From: the human T2T-CHM13v2.0 reference genome, Homo sapiens
Length of the DNA: 64,000 nt
Assembly (NCBI RefSeq): GCF_009914755.1
Contig: NC_060925.1
Direction: 5' to 3' (one strand)
Shown: piece after piece, positions 16,623 to 32,867 of the stretch
How the letters are laid out: each line of letters begins with the position of its first letter
Numbering within the stretch: the first letter of the stretch is position 1
Notes under the pieces: generated by a model
The model's database searches: none
What the model was told of the DNA's origin: nothing
The model's input: the letters and a program-made list of their open reading frames with translations, nothing else
Made by a program: the position numbers and the translations under genes

Positions 16623-17086
16623 TCAACTTTTTTTTAAGGTTTCCGTTGGTGTTCTCTGTCCCTGGAATGCCTGCTTTCCAGGCCCATGCCCTTGTCCTTG
16701 ATAGGATACCAGGGACTACATTCTTACTACCTGTTCCCCCTATCATTCATGCCCCTAGCTGGAGAATATTAGCCATCTATCAAGAAGGAAGAAACTGGCA
16801 AGCTAGTTCTTACTAAAGTGTGATTGACTGATAATAGGGCTCCAGTGGTGGAGGTTCAAGCATCTGGAAAGAGCAGAGAGGAATCTATTTTTGAGCAGAA
16901 GGGGTTCAGAAATGACGTGATAGCTGGTACAATACTAGATGGGAGATGATTCTGAGGAATTGGAACTCCACAGAATAGCCTTCCCAGCTGGGCTTTAGAA
17001 CTCTGGACTTTGTGGGGACAGTGGATGAGCCCAGGGTCCTGGCAGAAGGCTCGCCCAGCTGAGACCTCTGGCCCTTGTTTCCTCAG

Positions 17087-17215
17087 GCCAACATGCAAAA
17101 GTCTTCTGTACCAAGACCTCGGACACCGTGTGTGACTCCTGTGAGGACAGCACATACACCCAGCTCTGGAACTGGGTTCCCGAGTGCTTGAGCTGTGGCT
17201 CCCGCTGTAGCTCTG
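17087..17215 (+). CDS. TNFRSF1B: TNFRSF1B exon 3 (129 nt): (G)[42 protein letters not shown](D)
   Basis: Acceptor ttgtttcctcag|GC; donor TCTG|gtgagt; phase 1-1. Confidence 0.98.
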
Positions 17216-17492
17216 GTGAGTAGGTTCAGAGAAAAAGGGGGCCCTTACACCCCTGCCTCCAACTTCCCCCGGCAACTCCAGCCTCTTTGGCTTCCAGCTG
17301 TCTGGAGTTACCCCAGGCTGGTTGTTGGAAGTGGCACAGGTGCAGCTGTTTACCCCTACCACTGGCATTTTCCTCCTCTGTCTCACCAAAGCCTCTTCAC
17401 AGCCCCACGGGGCCGGCGGTGGGAGAACTGTGCCCACGTGAGGGTTGAGGAGGTGGTGCGTGGGAGAGTGGTGCGCATGCTCGTGCTGCGAG

Positions 17493-17740
17493 GAGCAGGA
17501 CTGCGGGGAGGAGCGAAACTGCTGGGAAGAGCGGGACTGCGGGGAAGAGCGGGACTTCGGGGAGGAGCGGCACTGCGGGGAGGAGCAGGACTGCAGGGAG
17601 GAGCGGGACTGTGGGGAGGAGCGGGACTTCGGGGAGGAGCGGGACTGCGGGGGACGAGCGCGACTGCGGGGGACGAGCAGGACTGCGGAGAGTAGCGGGA
17701 CTGCGGAGAGTAGCGGGACTGCGGAGAGTAGCAGGACTGC
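17493..17740 (+). repeat. G-rich 18-bp minisatellite, ~13.7 copies, consensus GAGCGGGACTGCGGGGAG
   Basis: Units read directly; two 19-bp variants shift the phase; the last units are TAGCGGGACTGCGGAGAG. Confidence 0.95.
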
Positions 17741-17842
17741 CGGTCCTGCCCCTGGACTCTGGCCGGTGTTGTGTGTGCCCCATGCTGAGGCGGTCCGCCA
17801 GCCTCCTGGAGATCCGCTGTCTGAGAGTGCTGGGCTGGCTGG

Positions 17843-17903
17843 GAGGGCAGCGTGGGTGTGGCGGAGGCAGGCGTGACCGTGTGCCGCCCTCTCGCTGCTC
17901 TAG
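17843..17903 (+). ncRNA. MIR4632: miR-4632 precursor, 5'-tailed mirtron ending at the intron-3 AG
   Basis: GAGGGCAGCGTGGGTGTGGCGGA...TGCCGCCCTCTCGCTGCTCTAG: the arms pair, the 3' end coincides with the exon-4 acceptor, and the sequence matches the recalled miR-4632-5p/3p. Confidence 0.85.
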
Positions 17904-18053
17904 ACCAGGTGGAAACTCAAGCCTGCACTCGGGAACAGAACCGCATCTGCACCTGCAGGCCCGGCTGGTACTGCGCGCTGAGCAAGCAGGAGGGGTGCCG
18001 GCTGTGCGCGCCGCTGCGCAAGTGCCGCCCGGGCTTCGGCGTGGCCAGACCAG
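17904..18053 (+). CDS. TNFRSF1B: TNFRSF1B exon 4 (150 nt): (D)[49 protein letters not shown](G)
   Basis: Acceptor ctgctctag|AC; donor CCAG|gtacgg; matches ORF 17852..18106. Confidence 0.98.
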
Positions 18054-18404
18054 GTACGGGGTGGGGCTCAGGTCCTTGGGGACGCCCATGGGCCTCTCCT
18101 TTGTAGACATCCTTGCAGTGTCACGGGCATCAACCCATTAATTAGTCCAGCAGGGAGCACTGTTAGTGGTGGCCAGGTGCCTGCTACCCATCCGTCTGTC
18201 CACCTGTCCACCGTTCATTCTTCCTGCCAGCACTCCCGATTAGGCACCTCTTATGTACTGGAACCAGGAGACCCAGAGATGGATCAGACCAAGCCCTAAG
18301 CTAGGAAAGTTATGTGATGCTGCAAGATGAACTCACATAACTCTACAGCCCAATCCCGTGCATGTGTGTACAGGAATCTGTGTGTGTGCATGTGTGTACA
18401 GGCA

Positions 18405-18406
<2 letters not shown>

Positions 18407-18438
<32 letters not shown>
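18407..18438. repeat. (TG)16 microsatellite in TNFRSF1B intron 4
   Basis: 16 TG units counted directly. Confidence 0.95.
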
Positions 18439-18441
<3 letters not shown>

Positions 18442-18562
18442 GGGGTGGAGGTGCAGACAGAGCTCCTTGGGCCCCTCAGACCTCTCCTAGGGCTCTAGTG
18501 CCAAGGCCCAGCTGTCCCGCAGAGTGTCTGAGTGGTTGACAAGTTCGGATTGTTCCCTGAAG

Positions 18563-18656
18563 GAACTGAAACATCAGACGTGGTGTGCAAGCCCTGTGCC
18601 CCGGGGACGTTCTCCAACACGACTTCATCCACGGATATTTGCAGGCCCCACCAGAT
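18563..18656 (+). CDS. TNFRSF1B: TNFRSF1B exon 5 (94 nt): (G)[30 protein letters not shown](I)
   Basis: Acceptor gttccctgaag|GA; donor CAGAT|gtgagt. Confidence 0.97.
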
Positions 18657-18994
18657 GTGAGTAGCTGAGTCCTTTGGTTCTGGAGGAGCAGGGAGGGGCT
18701 GTCCCTGGGTGACTGTGGGTCCAGGACACAGAGCAGCTCACCAACCACCATTGTCCAGACTGCTTTATCTGAGGGTGGCTCCCAGGATAAATGGCATGGT
18801 GGGCAGGACCTTGCCCTGGAAGGCAGGACTGGGTGGGTGCATGGGGAGGTGGGGGAGGGCTAGGAGGGGGTGGTCCTCAGAGAGGGCACACATCGTCACT
18901 CTCCTATCCTGCCTGCTGGGGCCCGTGAATGAGCCCAGCCACCCCAGCCACTCTGTCCCCTGCTGCTTCCTGACCAAGCCTCCTCCTCCTCCAG

Positions 18995-19230
18995 CTGTAA
19001 CGTGGTGGCCATCCCTGGGAATGCAAGCAGGGATGCAGTCTGCACGTCCACGTCCCCCACCCGGAGTATGGCCCCAGGGGCAGTACACTTACCCCAGCCA
19101 GTGTCCACACGATCCCAACACACGCAGCCAACTCCAAAACCCAGCACTGCTCCAAGCACCTCCTTCCTGCTCCCAATGGGCCCCAGCCCCCCAGCTGAAG
19201 GGAGCACTGGCGACTTCGCTCTTCCAGTTG
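18995..19230 (+). CDS. TNFRSF1B: TNFRSF1B exon 6 (236 nt): end of CRD4 and Pro/Ser/Thr-rich stalk, (I)[16 protein letters not shown]...TPKPSTAP...GDFALPV(G)
   Basis: Acceptor cctcctcctccag|CT; donor GTTG|gtaagt; matches ORF 19002..19316. Confidence 0.98.
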
Positions 19231-19421
19231 GTAAGTCGCAAGAAGTCTCATTCATTCACTCCTTCTGTCTGCCTGTCTTTCTGTCTCTCTTTCTTCCTCT
19301 CCCATGGTTTTACTGAGAGCCCACGGGGGGCTGGACCCTGTGCCCTGTCCTGGGATACAGGTGGCAGTGAGACTGCTTTCTCCCCACACCTGGTGCTATC
19401 ATTCAAAATCCCTAAGTGCGT

Positions 19422-19729
19422 GGGCTGGATGCAGTGGCTCAAGCCTGTAATCCCAGTGCTTTGGGAGGCCAAGGAGGCTGGAGGATTGCTTGAGGCTAAG
19501 AGTTTGAGGTCAGTCTGGGTAACACAGCGAGACTCCATCTCTATAAAAAAATTAAAAAATTATTTGGGTGGGATGGTGCCTATTGTCCCAGCTACTCAGG
19601 AGGCTGAGGTGGGAGGATCACATGAGCCCAGGAATTTGAGGCTGCATTGAGCTCTGATCGTGCCACTGCACTCCAGCCTGGGCAATGAGTGAGGTCCTAT
19701 CTCAAAAACAAAACAAAACCAAACAAAAC
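19422..19729 (+). mobile_element. AluJ, intron 6
   Basis: ggaggattgcttgagg and gaggctgca J-type features. Confidence 0.9.
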
Positions 19730-20086
19730 CCCTGGATAGGGGAGAGGTGGGGTCAGCAATTCACCTGAATATGCAGATGGTCTCCTTGCTGCTGTTTCTG
19801 ATGAGCCCATTAGGCTAAGAAGACAGCGGGCTGGGCCAGGTCACCTCCAGGGGCTTCCATTCTGGGGTAGAACTGCATCAGGCCAGAGGTCTCAAACTAG
19901 TGGCCCTTAGGCTGAATGAGGCACACAGACATGATTGCTTTGTAATTGGATTTGAGAATCTCCGGCCTAGACTCGCCCCTCATTTGCAATGACCCGAAGC
20001 ACCTTGGGTCCCTGGCTTGCCTGGCTGGCCCCTGGTACATTTGAGTTTGTTTTCTGTAGCTGTCTGAGCTTCTCTTTTCTTTCTAG

Positions 20087-20164
20087 GACTGATTGTGGGT
20101 GTGACAGCCTTGGGTCTACTAATAATAGGAGTGGTGAACTGTGTCATCATGACCCAGGTGAAAA
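20087..20164 (+). CDS. TNFRSF1B: TNFRSF1B exon 7 (78 nt): transmembrane helix (G)[25 protein letters not shown](K)
   Basis: Acceptor tcttttctttctag|GA; donor AAAA|gtaaga; hydrophobic segment. Confidence 0.98.
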
Positions 20165-20715
20165 GTAAGAGTCCATCCTTCCTTCCTTCATCCACTTGTT
20201 CAGGAAGCTTTTGTGGGGTGCCTCCTGTGAGTCCAGCACTGGGCACAGCCTTAGGGGTCAGACAGAGCTGGATATGGGGGTCCTTGTTCTGTAGGAGCTT
20301 AAGGCCTGGGGTGAAGGTACCTCTGCTAACTTAATTACTAAAAGGCAAGAGGTGATCAGGGTTTTCTAAAGGGTAGGAGGAGTTCAGGATTCCTATCCAG
20401 GAAGCCTGGGGGATTCGGGCTTCCTGCAGCAGGTGGTCTCTGAGCTGGGTAAGATCTTGATGGGTGGAGTCTGTGCAGGGAAGGACACGCATCCTCAGTG
20501 GAGGCGCGGATGGTATAGATGGGGGACTGGAGAATGGTTGGGATGGTGGCAGGTGGAGTTGGGTGGGGGCTTCTGTGGACCTTGTCTGGTAGGCGATTGG
20601 TCCCCACAGGGCTGGGCCTCTCTGCTGGTTCTATGGGGCCCCATACTGCCCTCCTACTTAGGACAGATGTGCCTGAGGAAGTCAATCTCTTACTTGTCCC
20701 CTCTCCTCTTTATAG

Positions 20716-20750
20716 AGAAGCCCTTGTGCCTGCAGAGAGAAGCCAAGGTG
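20716..20750 (+). CDS. TNFRSF1B: TNFRSF1B exon 8 (35 nt): (K)KPLCLQREAKV
   Basis: Acceptor ctcctctttatag|AG; donor AAGGTG|gtgagt. Confidence 0.97.
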
Positions 20751-21399
20751 GTGAGTGTCTCCACTGCCCTCTCCCCCTCTTCCCCTGGTCTCCTTCCCGG
20801 CGTGCTGGGCTGTCACAGAGGAAAGCAGTGAATTCTGTCATTGGTCTGTCCAGTGTCAGGAGGTGTGCAGAGCCCTGGGAGGTGGAGGAAAGGCCGGGGA
20901 GTCAGGCAGCCCTCCATGGGCTAAGAGAGGCTGTGAGTGTGAAATGCTCCGGCAGAGAGCAGATGCCTTCGTGGCGTTCGTGGCAGGCACGTGGTCGTGG
21001 ACCCACAGCGCAACCTTGGGCAGATGTGAAATTGCTCTATGGCTACTTCCTTACCATGAGATGGGGGTTGTGTCTGCTCGATCCAGCCTGCAGGGTGGTG
21101 CCATTCGGTCAGCTGACAATGATGTTTCTCCTTGCCTCCATTGTGTTTACAGAGCACTTTCTCAGAGAGCAGTGGTTTTCAAACTGAATTCTGGGATAGC
21201 CCAGTGTCCCACAGAGGGCCCTTGGGCGTGGGGGAAGTGGTCATCTCTCAGGTTTGAGGTAGAGGCTGTGGGGCTGGGCCCTGGGTCCTCCCAAAGCAAC
21301 TCACCTTTGATCTGTTTTATAAAGTAGGGCCTGCGAAGGCTTTTTGTTAGAGACAGACCAACAGTGTGTCATATCATAGTATTTCATTCATTCTCCATC

Positions 21400-21810
21400 A
21401 GGAAGGCATTTGGCTGCAAGTAACCCCAAACCTACCGGTGACTTTAGAAAAAATGGCTTTATTTTTCTTGCATTGTAAGAAGTCAAGGGGTTGGTGTCTG
21501 CTGGAATGGCCTCCACTATCCCCTTGCATGGTGCCAGCAGGACCCCAGGCTCTGTCATCTTTAGTGTGTTGACTTTTGTTCTCTTGTTTGTGGCCTCATG
21601 TCATAAGATGGTAATCATCACTTCATATGTCACCTCTAAGTTTGAGGTGGGAAGAAGGGGCAGGTGGCCAGGTCAGCCATGGTGCCCTTATCAGTAAATC
21701 GGATGCCTTCCCAGAAGCCCTGGGTAGACTTCTTTCATCTCACTGACCAGACAGTGTCACATGACCACCCCTAGCTGCGAGGGAAGCTGGGAAAGAGGGT
21801 GTTTTGCTTT
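21400..21810. mobile_element. Old MLT1 (J/K-like) LTR fragment
   Basis: ttggctgcaagtaac...gtcacatgaccacccctagctgcgagggaagctgggaaa. Confidence 0.55.
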
Positions 21811-21984
21811 TCCAGCCTCTATGGAGGAGGAGGACAAGGGAGGGGGGTTGGAAGTGGGTATGGGGTGAGCCAGAACATACGTCTGTCACAGCCTTGCACC
21901 TGGTAGGCAGGGCAGGTTTTTTACCCAATTTGACAGATGAGAAAACAGAGTCTGATGAGTTTTCTCGACCTCAGGGGCAGGTAG

Positions 21985-22636
<652 letters not shown>

Positions 22637-22914
22637 CGAGGGAACAGCTCAGCCCTGGGCAGCCCAATACCCGAAGCTTACACCAGGTGTTTGGAATCAG
22701 ATAGATTGATTTCATCCCCTGATTTTGGTGACAAGAAAAGAGATGCAGGGAGGAAAACTGAGTTGCTCAAGGTCGCACCGCAGTGTGTCTCTGGACTCCC
22801 ATCTCAGTGCTCTTTGCCCTGCCCTACAGTATTTCAGTGGGGAGGAAATTTTCTCATTCCCCGGCGAGCGAGTTTCACTGCTCCCTTTCTCCAGCTTCAA
22901 TTCAGTGACACTGA

Positions 22915-23439
<525 letters not shown>

Positions 23440-23954
23440 TGAGTGCCCCAGTGGTGTGTCTAGTGCAGAAAAAAAGCCCCAAACCCTGATTTGTGGTGTT
23501 TGCTAATTTCTGTGGTATAAACACTCACACTGTAGCCAGTTTCCAACTCCCAAGACCTTCCTGAATATGGAGTTGGGAGGAAATCTGCACAGGCCTGAGC
23601 TTATCCCAGCACAGCCCTGGCTGAGCCCTGCCAGGCTCTTTGTGACTGAGTCCCCACGCATCCCTGTGGGGCAGCAGAGGAGGAAACTGAGACTCTGGGA
23701 GGTTCCATTTTTCCTGTAGGATTAGATCATTAGGTGAGTGGCATAGCCCAGGTTTGAATCAGGTTTATGCCTGTGTCCCACGCTACTCCTCAACCAGCAG
23801 CTACTCCTGATAAGAGGCCAGTGGAGAGTCCTCTTGAGCTGGGCTGCTGGGCTTAGAGTGTGGACTCAGCACCCACCTGCTCCTCCTGCCACAGAAAGAA
23901 CGTCCAGGGCATGGGAGACAGTGGCGTTCCTTTGTTTAGAAAACACCAACATGT

Positions 23955-24264
<310 letters not shown>

Positions 24265-24658
24265 TTACCCACAATCACCCCCACGGACACGGACACACTC
24301 ATGCACGGACCCACGTCTGATAACAGGTGCGAACATTTATCGGGTGTTGAACGGATGCCAGGCACTGTGCCCAGCGTTCTTTATTCTCACAGCCATGCTG
24401 CCACACGCAGGCAGTATGATTCTTGTCCCCCATTATATGGCCCAAGAATCATGGGCCCAGAGAAGTTAGTAACTTTCCCAGTGTGGCACAGCTAATGATC
24501 ACGGCCTGGGACACGAACCTAGGAGTGTCTCTCCTCGCCACCCCAGCGCACACACTCACTACGTCACTCACAGATATGCACACATGCCCCCAACATAGAC
24601 ACACGTGTGCACGCTTCACACCCTCACGCCTGTAGACACAGGTGTGTGAGCCTTGTGA

Positions 24659-25115
<457 letters not shown>

Positions 25116-26529
25116 CTGGGATCCTGTGTTTTGAATGAGGCTCCTCAGTACTCGGCTCTACTGGGGTCCCAGCCCAAGGAATAGGACTCAGCCTGCTTCT
25201 GTGCCACCTGGGGCTGCTTGAACTTTGCGACTTGTGGCTTGGGAGGAGGGAGGTGGCCGTGACCTTTGGGGGTTTTTGTTCTGCCTGGCTGTAGCCACCA
25301 GCAGAGGGGGTGGGGCACAGGCCAGAAAAACCCCTTTTGTGGGGTTGTGAGGAGTGACAATTGGCTGCTTCTCCTCCCCTTCCAGGCTCAGAGCAGGGCT
25401 GGGGGGCAGTTGTGGGCAGTGACCAGGGTCAGACCACCTGGGCGGAGGTTCAGCATGAACTTGCAATGCCCTCCATCTCTCCAAAACTGGGGGACCCAGC
25501 CCAGGGAGGGTGTGGGGGTTCCTGGGGAAGCTGGTCTAGGCTTCTGCTCCTGCCACGGACCAGCTGTGTGATGCTGGGCACAGGATGCACTTTCTCTGGG
25601 CCTCCGTGGCCTCTTGGGGATGGCTTGCACGAGATCCCTCCAGTCCTGAGTGAGAGGCTGTGGCCTTGGGGAATTAAGGGTGCAGGTGGCGCTCAGGTGT
25701 CCGAGAAGCCATGGGAGCCGGGGGCTGCAGGGATTGGACAGAGAGGACCCTGGTACTCGCATCTGTTCTCAGACCACATCTGGAATTGTAGCTCCCTCTG
25801 GAGGGAGGCAGGAGGTCTCAGCCTTTCTTGGGGGGCGGTGGCACCTGCGCTGCTCGCTCCACCCCTGCTCTCACCTCCCGCTGCAGTGCTGGCGAGCCCC
25901 ATCAGCCCTTCACTCATCTCTACCCTCCTTCTTTCTGCCTGGGACACTTGTTTTCATCCTGGGCAGGCCAGGGGCCAGGGCAGCTGTTGGGAATGTGGCC
26001 TGTGCCATCTCCTTTTTTGCTGGGATCAGAAAACAATCGCTTAGAATTCCAAGGCAAGGGTGTGAGCGCCTGGCCAGCCAGTGGGAACAGACAACAGCCT
26101 GGGAGAGGAATTTCCAGCCTCTCTTCAGTGTGCGTGTCTGGAAATGGGGACCTTGCCTTGAGCCTCCAGAGTTGAAACCCCAGACACCCAGGAAAGGCCC
26201 TTTGGGATTTAGCCCAGCCACAGTATGTCCTAACCGTGACCTTGGGCAAGTAACTCAATCTCTCCGTGCCTCAGTTTCCACAAAGCAAGGATAACACTGG
26301 GTTGTTGGAAGAATCAATATAGATATTGTCTGGAGGGATGTAGGTACAGTGCATGGCATTGGGTGGCACTCAAATGTCAGCTAATAATATTATTATTATT
26401 CTACGGGAAGAAGACATCAGGGGAAGTTGCAGAGCAGCCTGTGGGCGGACTCTGGAACAAGAGGTTGAGGCAGTGCAGCAGAGGGTCTCAGACGTGAGCG
26501 CTCTCTGCCCCGGAATGATTGACTGAGCG

Positions 26530-27470
<941 letters not shown>

Positions 27471-28092
27471 ATTTAACAAACTCTTGTATGGAGTTTACTA
27501 TGTAATAGGCATTGTTTTAAGCACTTTACAAATATTCAGCCATCTAATCTTCACAACAACCCTATGAGGTAGGCTATTATTCTCCCTTTATAGAGTAAAA
27601 AAAAAAAAAAAAGGCACAGAGAGGTTAAGTAACTTGTCCAAGGTCACACAGCAAGTGAGTGGTAGAGTCATGATTTGCACTCGTGTGGCCTGGGTTTAGA
27701 GTCCACACTCTTGGTTGCTAGGCTGGGCCATGTCTCCCTGTGCAGATGGGGTGAAGGAAAGCTGCTTTCCTTCTACTCCCTTATGCAAAATAAGGATGAA
27801 AATCCTGCCCCACCTCTAAGACTATTTGGTGAACAGGGCCAGGTATTCTCTGCCCTCACAGGACACTCTAGTAGAGCAGCTGGGTGCTAATAACAGAAAC
27901 ACAGAAACCACGGAGAATCACACCTCCCAAAAAGTGCCGTGTGTGGAAAGAACGTGCAAGGGTGGGCAGAAACGTCACGTAAACTGAGAAGTGCTGATGG
28001 CAGGAGGTGTGGATGGCAGTGGGAAGGAAGAGGGGAAGAAGGAGCTGGCTGGTGGGCTGACTGCTCTCCCCTACCACCCCCTGCCCATCCAG

Positions 28093-28297
28093 CCTCACTT
28101 GCCTGCCGATAAGGCCCGGGGTACACAGGGCCCCGAGCAGCAGCACCTGCTGATCACAGCGCCGAGCTCCAGCAGCAGCTCCCTGGAGAGCTCGGCCAGT
28201 GCGTTGGACAGAAGGGCGCCCACTCGGAACCAGCCACAGGCACCAGGCGTGGAGGCCAGTGGGGCCGGGGAGGCCCGGGCCAGCACCGGGAGCTCAG
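28093..28297 (+). CDS. TNFRSF1B: TNFRSF1B exon 9 (205 nt): [10 protein letters not shown]...[12 protein letters not shown]...ARASTGSS(D)
   Basis: Acceptor cccatccag|CCT; donor TCAG|gtaaga; matches ORF 27991..28410. Confidence 0.98.
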
Positions 28298-29852
28298 GTA
28301 AGAGGTGGGAGCACACCTGGCTTCTTCCCAAGCCTCCTTGGTCTTTCTCACCTGGTTTCTGTCTTAACCATCTCCTCCTGAGCCTCCCCGCAGGGTGGGA
28401 CGAGGCCTGAGCCACAGGGAACTTCCTTCGGTTCGCTGAACCTAAGTTCCCTCCCGCCTTTGCCCATGCTGGGCCTATCACCTCAAAATCCTCCCTTCTG
28501 TGGGACAACCCCAGCTTGTCCAAGTCCCTGGTATCTGGGGGAGGAGTTTTCCTGAAACCTTCTCCCTGCTACCACCCCCAGCTGGCCTGGCTGCTCCTCC
28601 GGGCTCACCATGCCCTGGCCTCCCTTTCACAGGACTGTCAGACTGCATGTACAGACATTGTCTTCTCCTGTCTCCCACGCCAGGCTGTGGGACACCTGGT
28701 GAGCCTGGATCATCTCATTCATCCCTGTATCTGCAGGCCCAACACGGCCCAGCTACTAATAATTAATCATAACAATCGCTTCTACTTATGGAAGGCTACG
28801 GAACAGCAGGCACTGTACTGGGCACTTTACATGCATAAAACTGACCTGCATGTCAATGCTAAGAGATAGTTCCTGTTGTTATCCCATTTTACAGATGAGG
28901 AAACTGAGCCCCAGAGAGGTTAAACAGCTTCTTCAAGGGCACATGGCTAGTAAACAGAAGAGCCAGACTCACCCCTAGGCTGTCGGGCTCCAGAGCCCTG
29001 GGATTGGAAGATGAATGAAGAAATGGTGGCTCCAGGGCTCCACTCACTGCAGTTTGTTGCTGGGTCTCTTTAGGTCTGAGGCACTGGGACTGTGGGGATT
29101 GTGTCCCATTTATGCAGGCTGCATTGTGCCCTGGACCTGGTCTATGACAGATGTCACTCCTGGTTGGCATCTCTAGGGCCCACACTGGAGGGGCCCCTGT
29201 ACAGGGTCTGCTGGCCTGTGCCTCTCTCCCTCTTACCTGGCAGTGCCAGCCAGTGAGAATTCAGGGAATGACCATGAACTTGGGTCAGTCTGAGATCCTT
29301 GCCTGGCCACTCTGGTGCCATAAGAATTTGGGTGGGATGCTTAACCCTGCCAAGCCTTGGTTTTTTCACCTAGAGGTGAGCTATAGCGCCTCCTTGCCAG
29401 GGCTGGTGAGAGATGGGTGACATTGTGCCCAGCTGGGCACCAGACCAGGGCCAGGCTCCCTCTGGGCCGCCTCCAGGTGGGGACTGATGGCTGCAGCCCC
29501 CACCACGCAGCCCTCCTCCAGCTCACTCACCCCCAGCTGCTCCCCAGCTCACTGCGCCCCTGCCTCTTGCCTGCACTCATGCCACCCCTGCCTGCCACAC
29601 CTGTTCCTACCTGTCCCCAACTGCCCACAGGAGCTGACGTGGCCATTTCTGTCTGCCCCATCATAGCCCCCAGCCTCCTCGGTGGGAGGTCTCATCAGTG
29701 CCCCTCACTCCATCCTGAGAACTCCCTATGGGAGGGCCTGGGCCAGTGCCTGGAAGAGATCAGGGGCCCTACACACTGTTGAATGAATGAATGAATGAGT
29801 GCGCTCCAATTATAAACTCTTAGTCTTTGCCCAGTTCTTGGATTCGTCTGAT

Positions 29853-32590
<2,738 letters not shown>

Positions 32591-32867
32591 GTAGACATCT
32601 GTTTTATATAATTGGCTCCTCCCATCTCTGGGGTGATTGGGGCTGGGTAGGTAGTGATGCTATTCTTATTCGGCAGAGGGGAGAATGAGGCACATGCAGG
32701 TTAAGTGACTTGCTCAAGGTCACACATCAGAGCTGGGCTAGAATCTTGGTCTCGGCTCCTGGCCCAGTGCTCTTTCCCATGTGTCTGAATCTGCATCTTG
32801 GGCAGGGGTCCCTGGGCCCCACTCCTGGACCCCCGGACTGACCCCCACCCCATCTTGTGCTTAGCAG

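Larger units (their letters stand above)
17400..18090. promoter_or_regulatory. Intragenic CpG-rich cluster spanning the VNTR, MIR4632 and exon 4
   Basis: High CpG density compared with the flanking introns. Confidence 0.6.

Noticed and set aside
17195-18141. Repetitive ORFs (EERDCG, GGAGLR, PAVPLL) and a CRISPR-like look
   Set aside because: These arise from a stop-poor 18-bp VNTR. The units are contiguous with no unique spacers, and the context is a mammalian intron.
18709-19650. 313-aa ORF overlapping exon 6 in another frame
   Set aside because: GTG start in an intron, runs through intron 6 into an Alu, and has no recognisable domain
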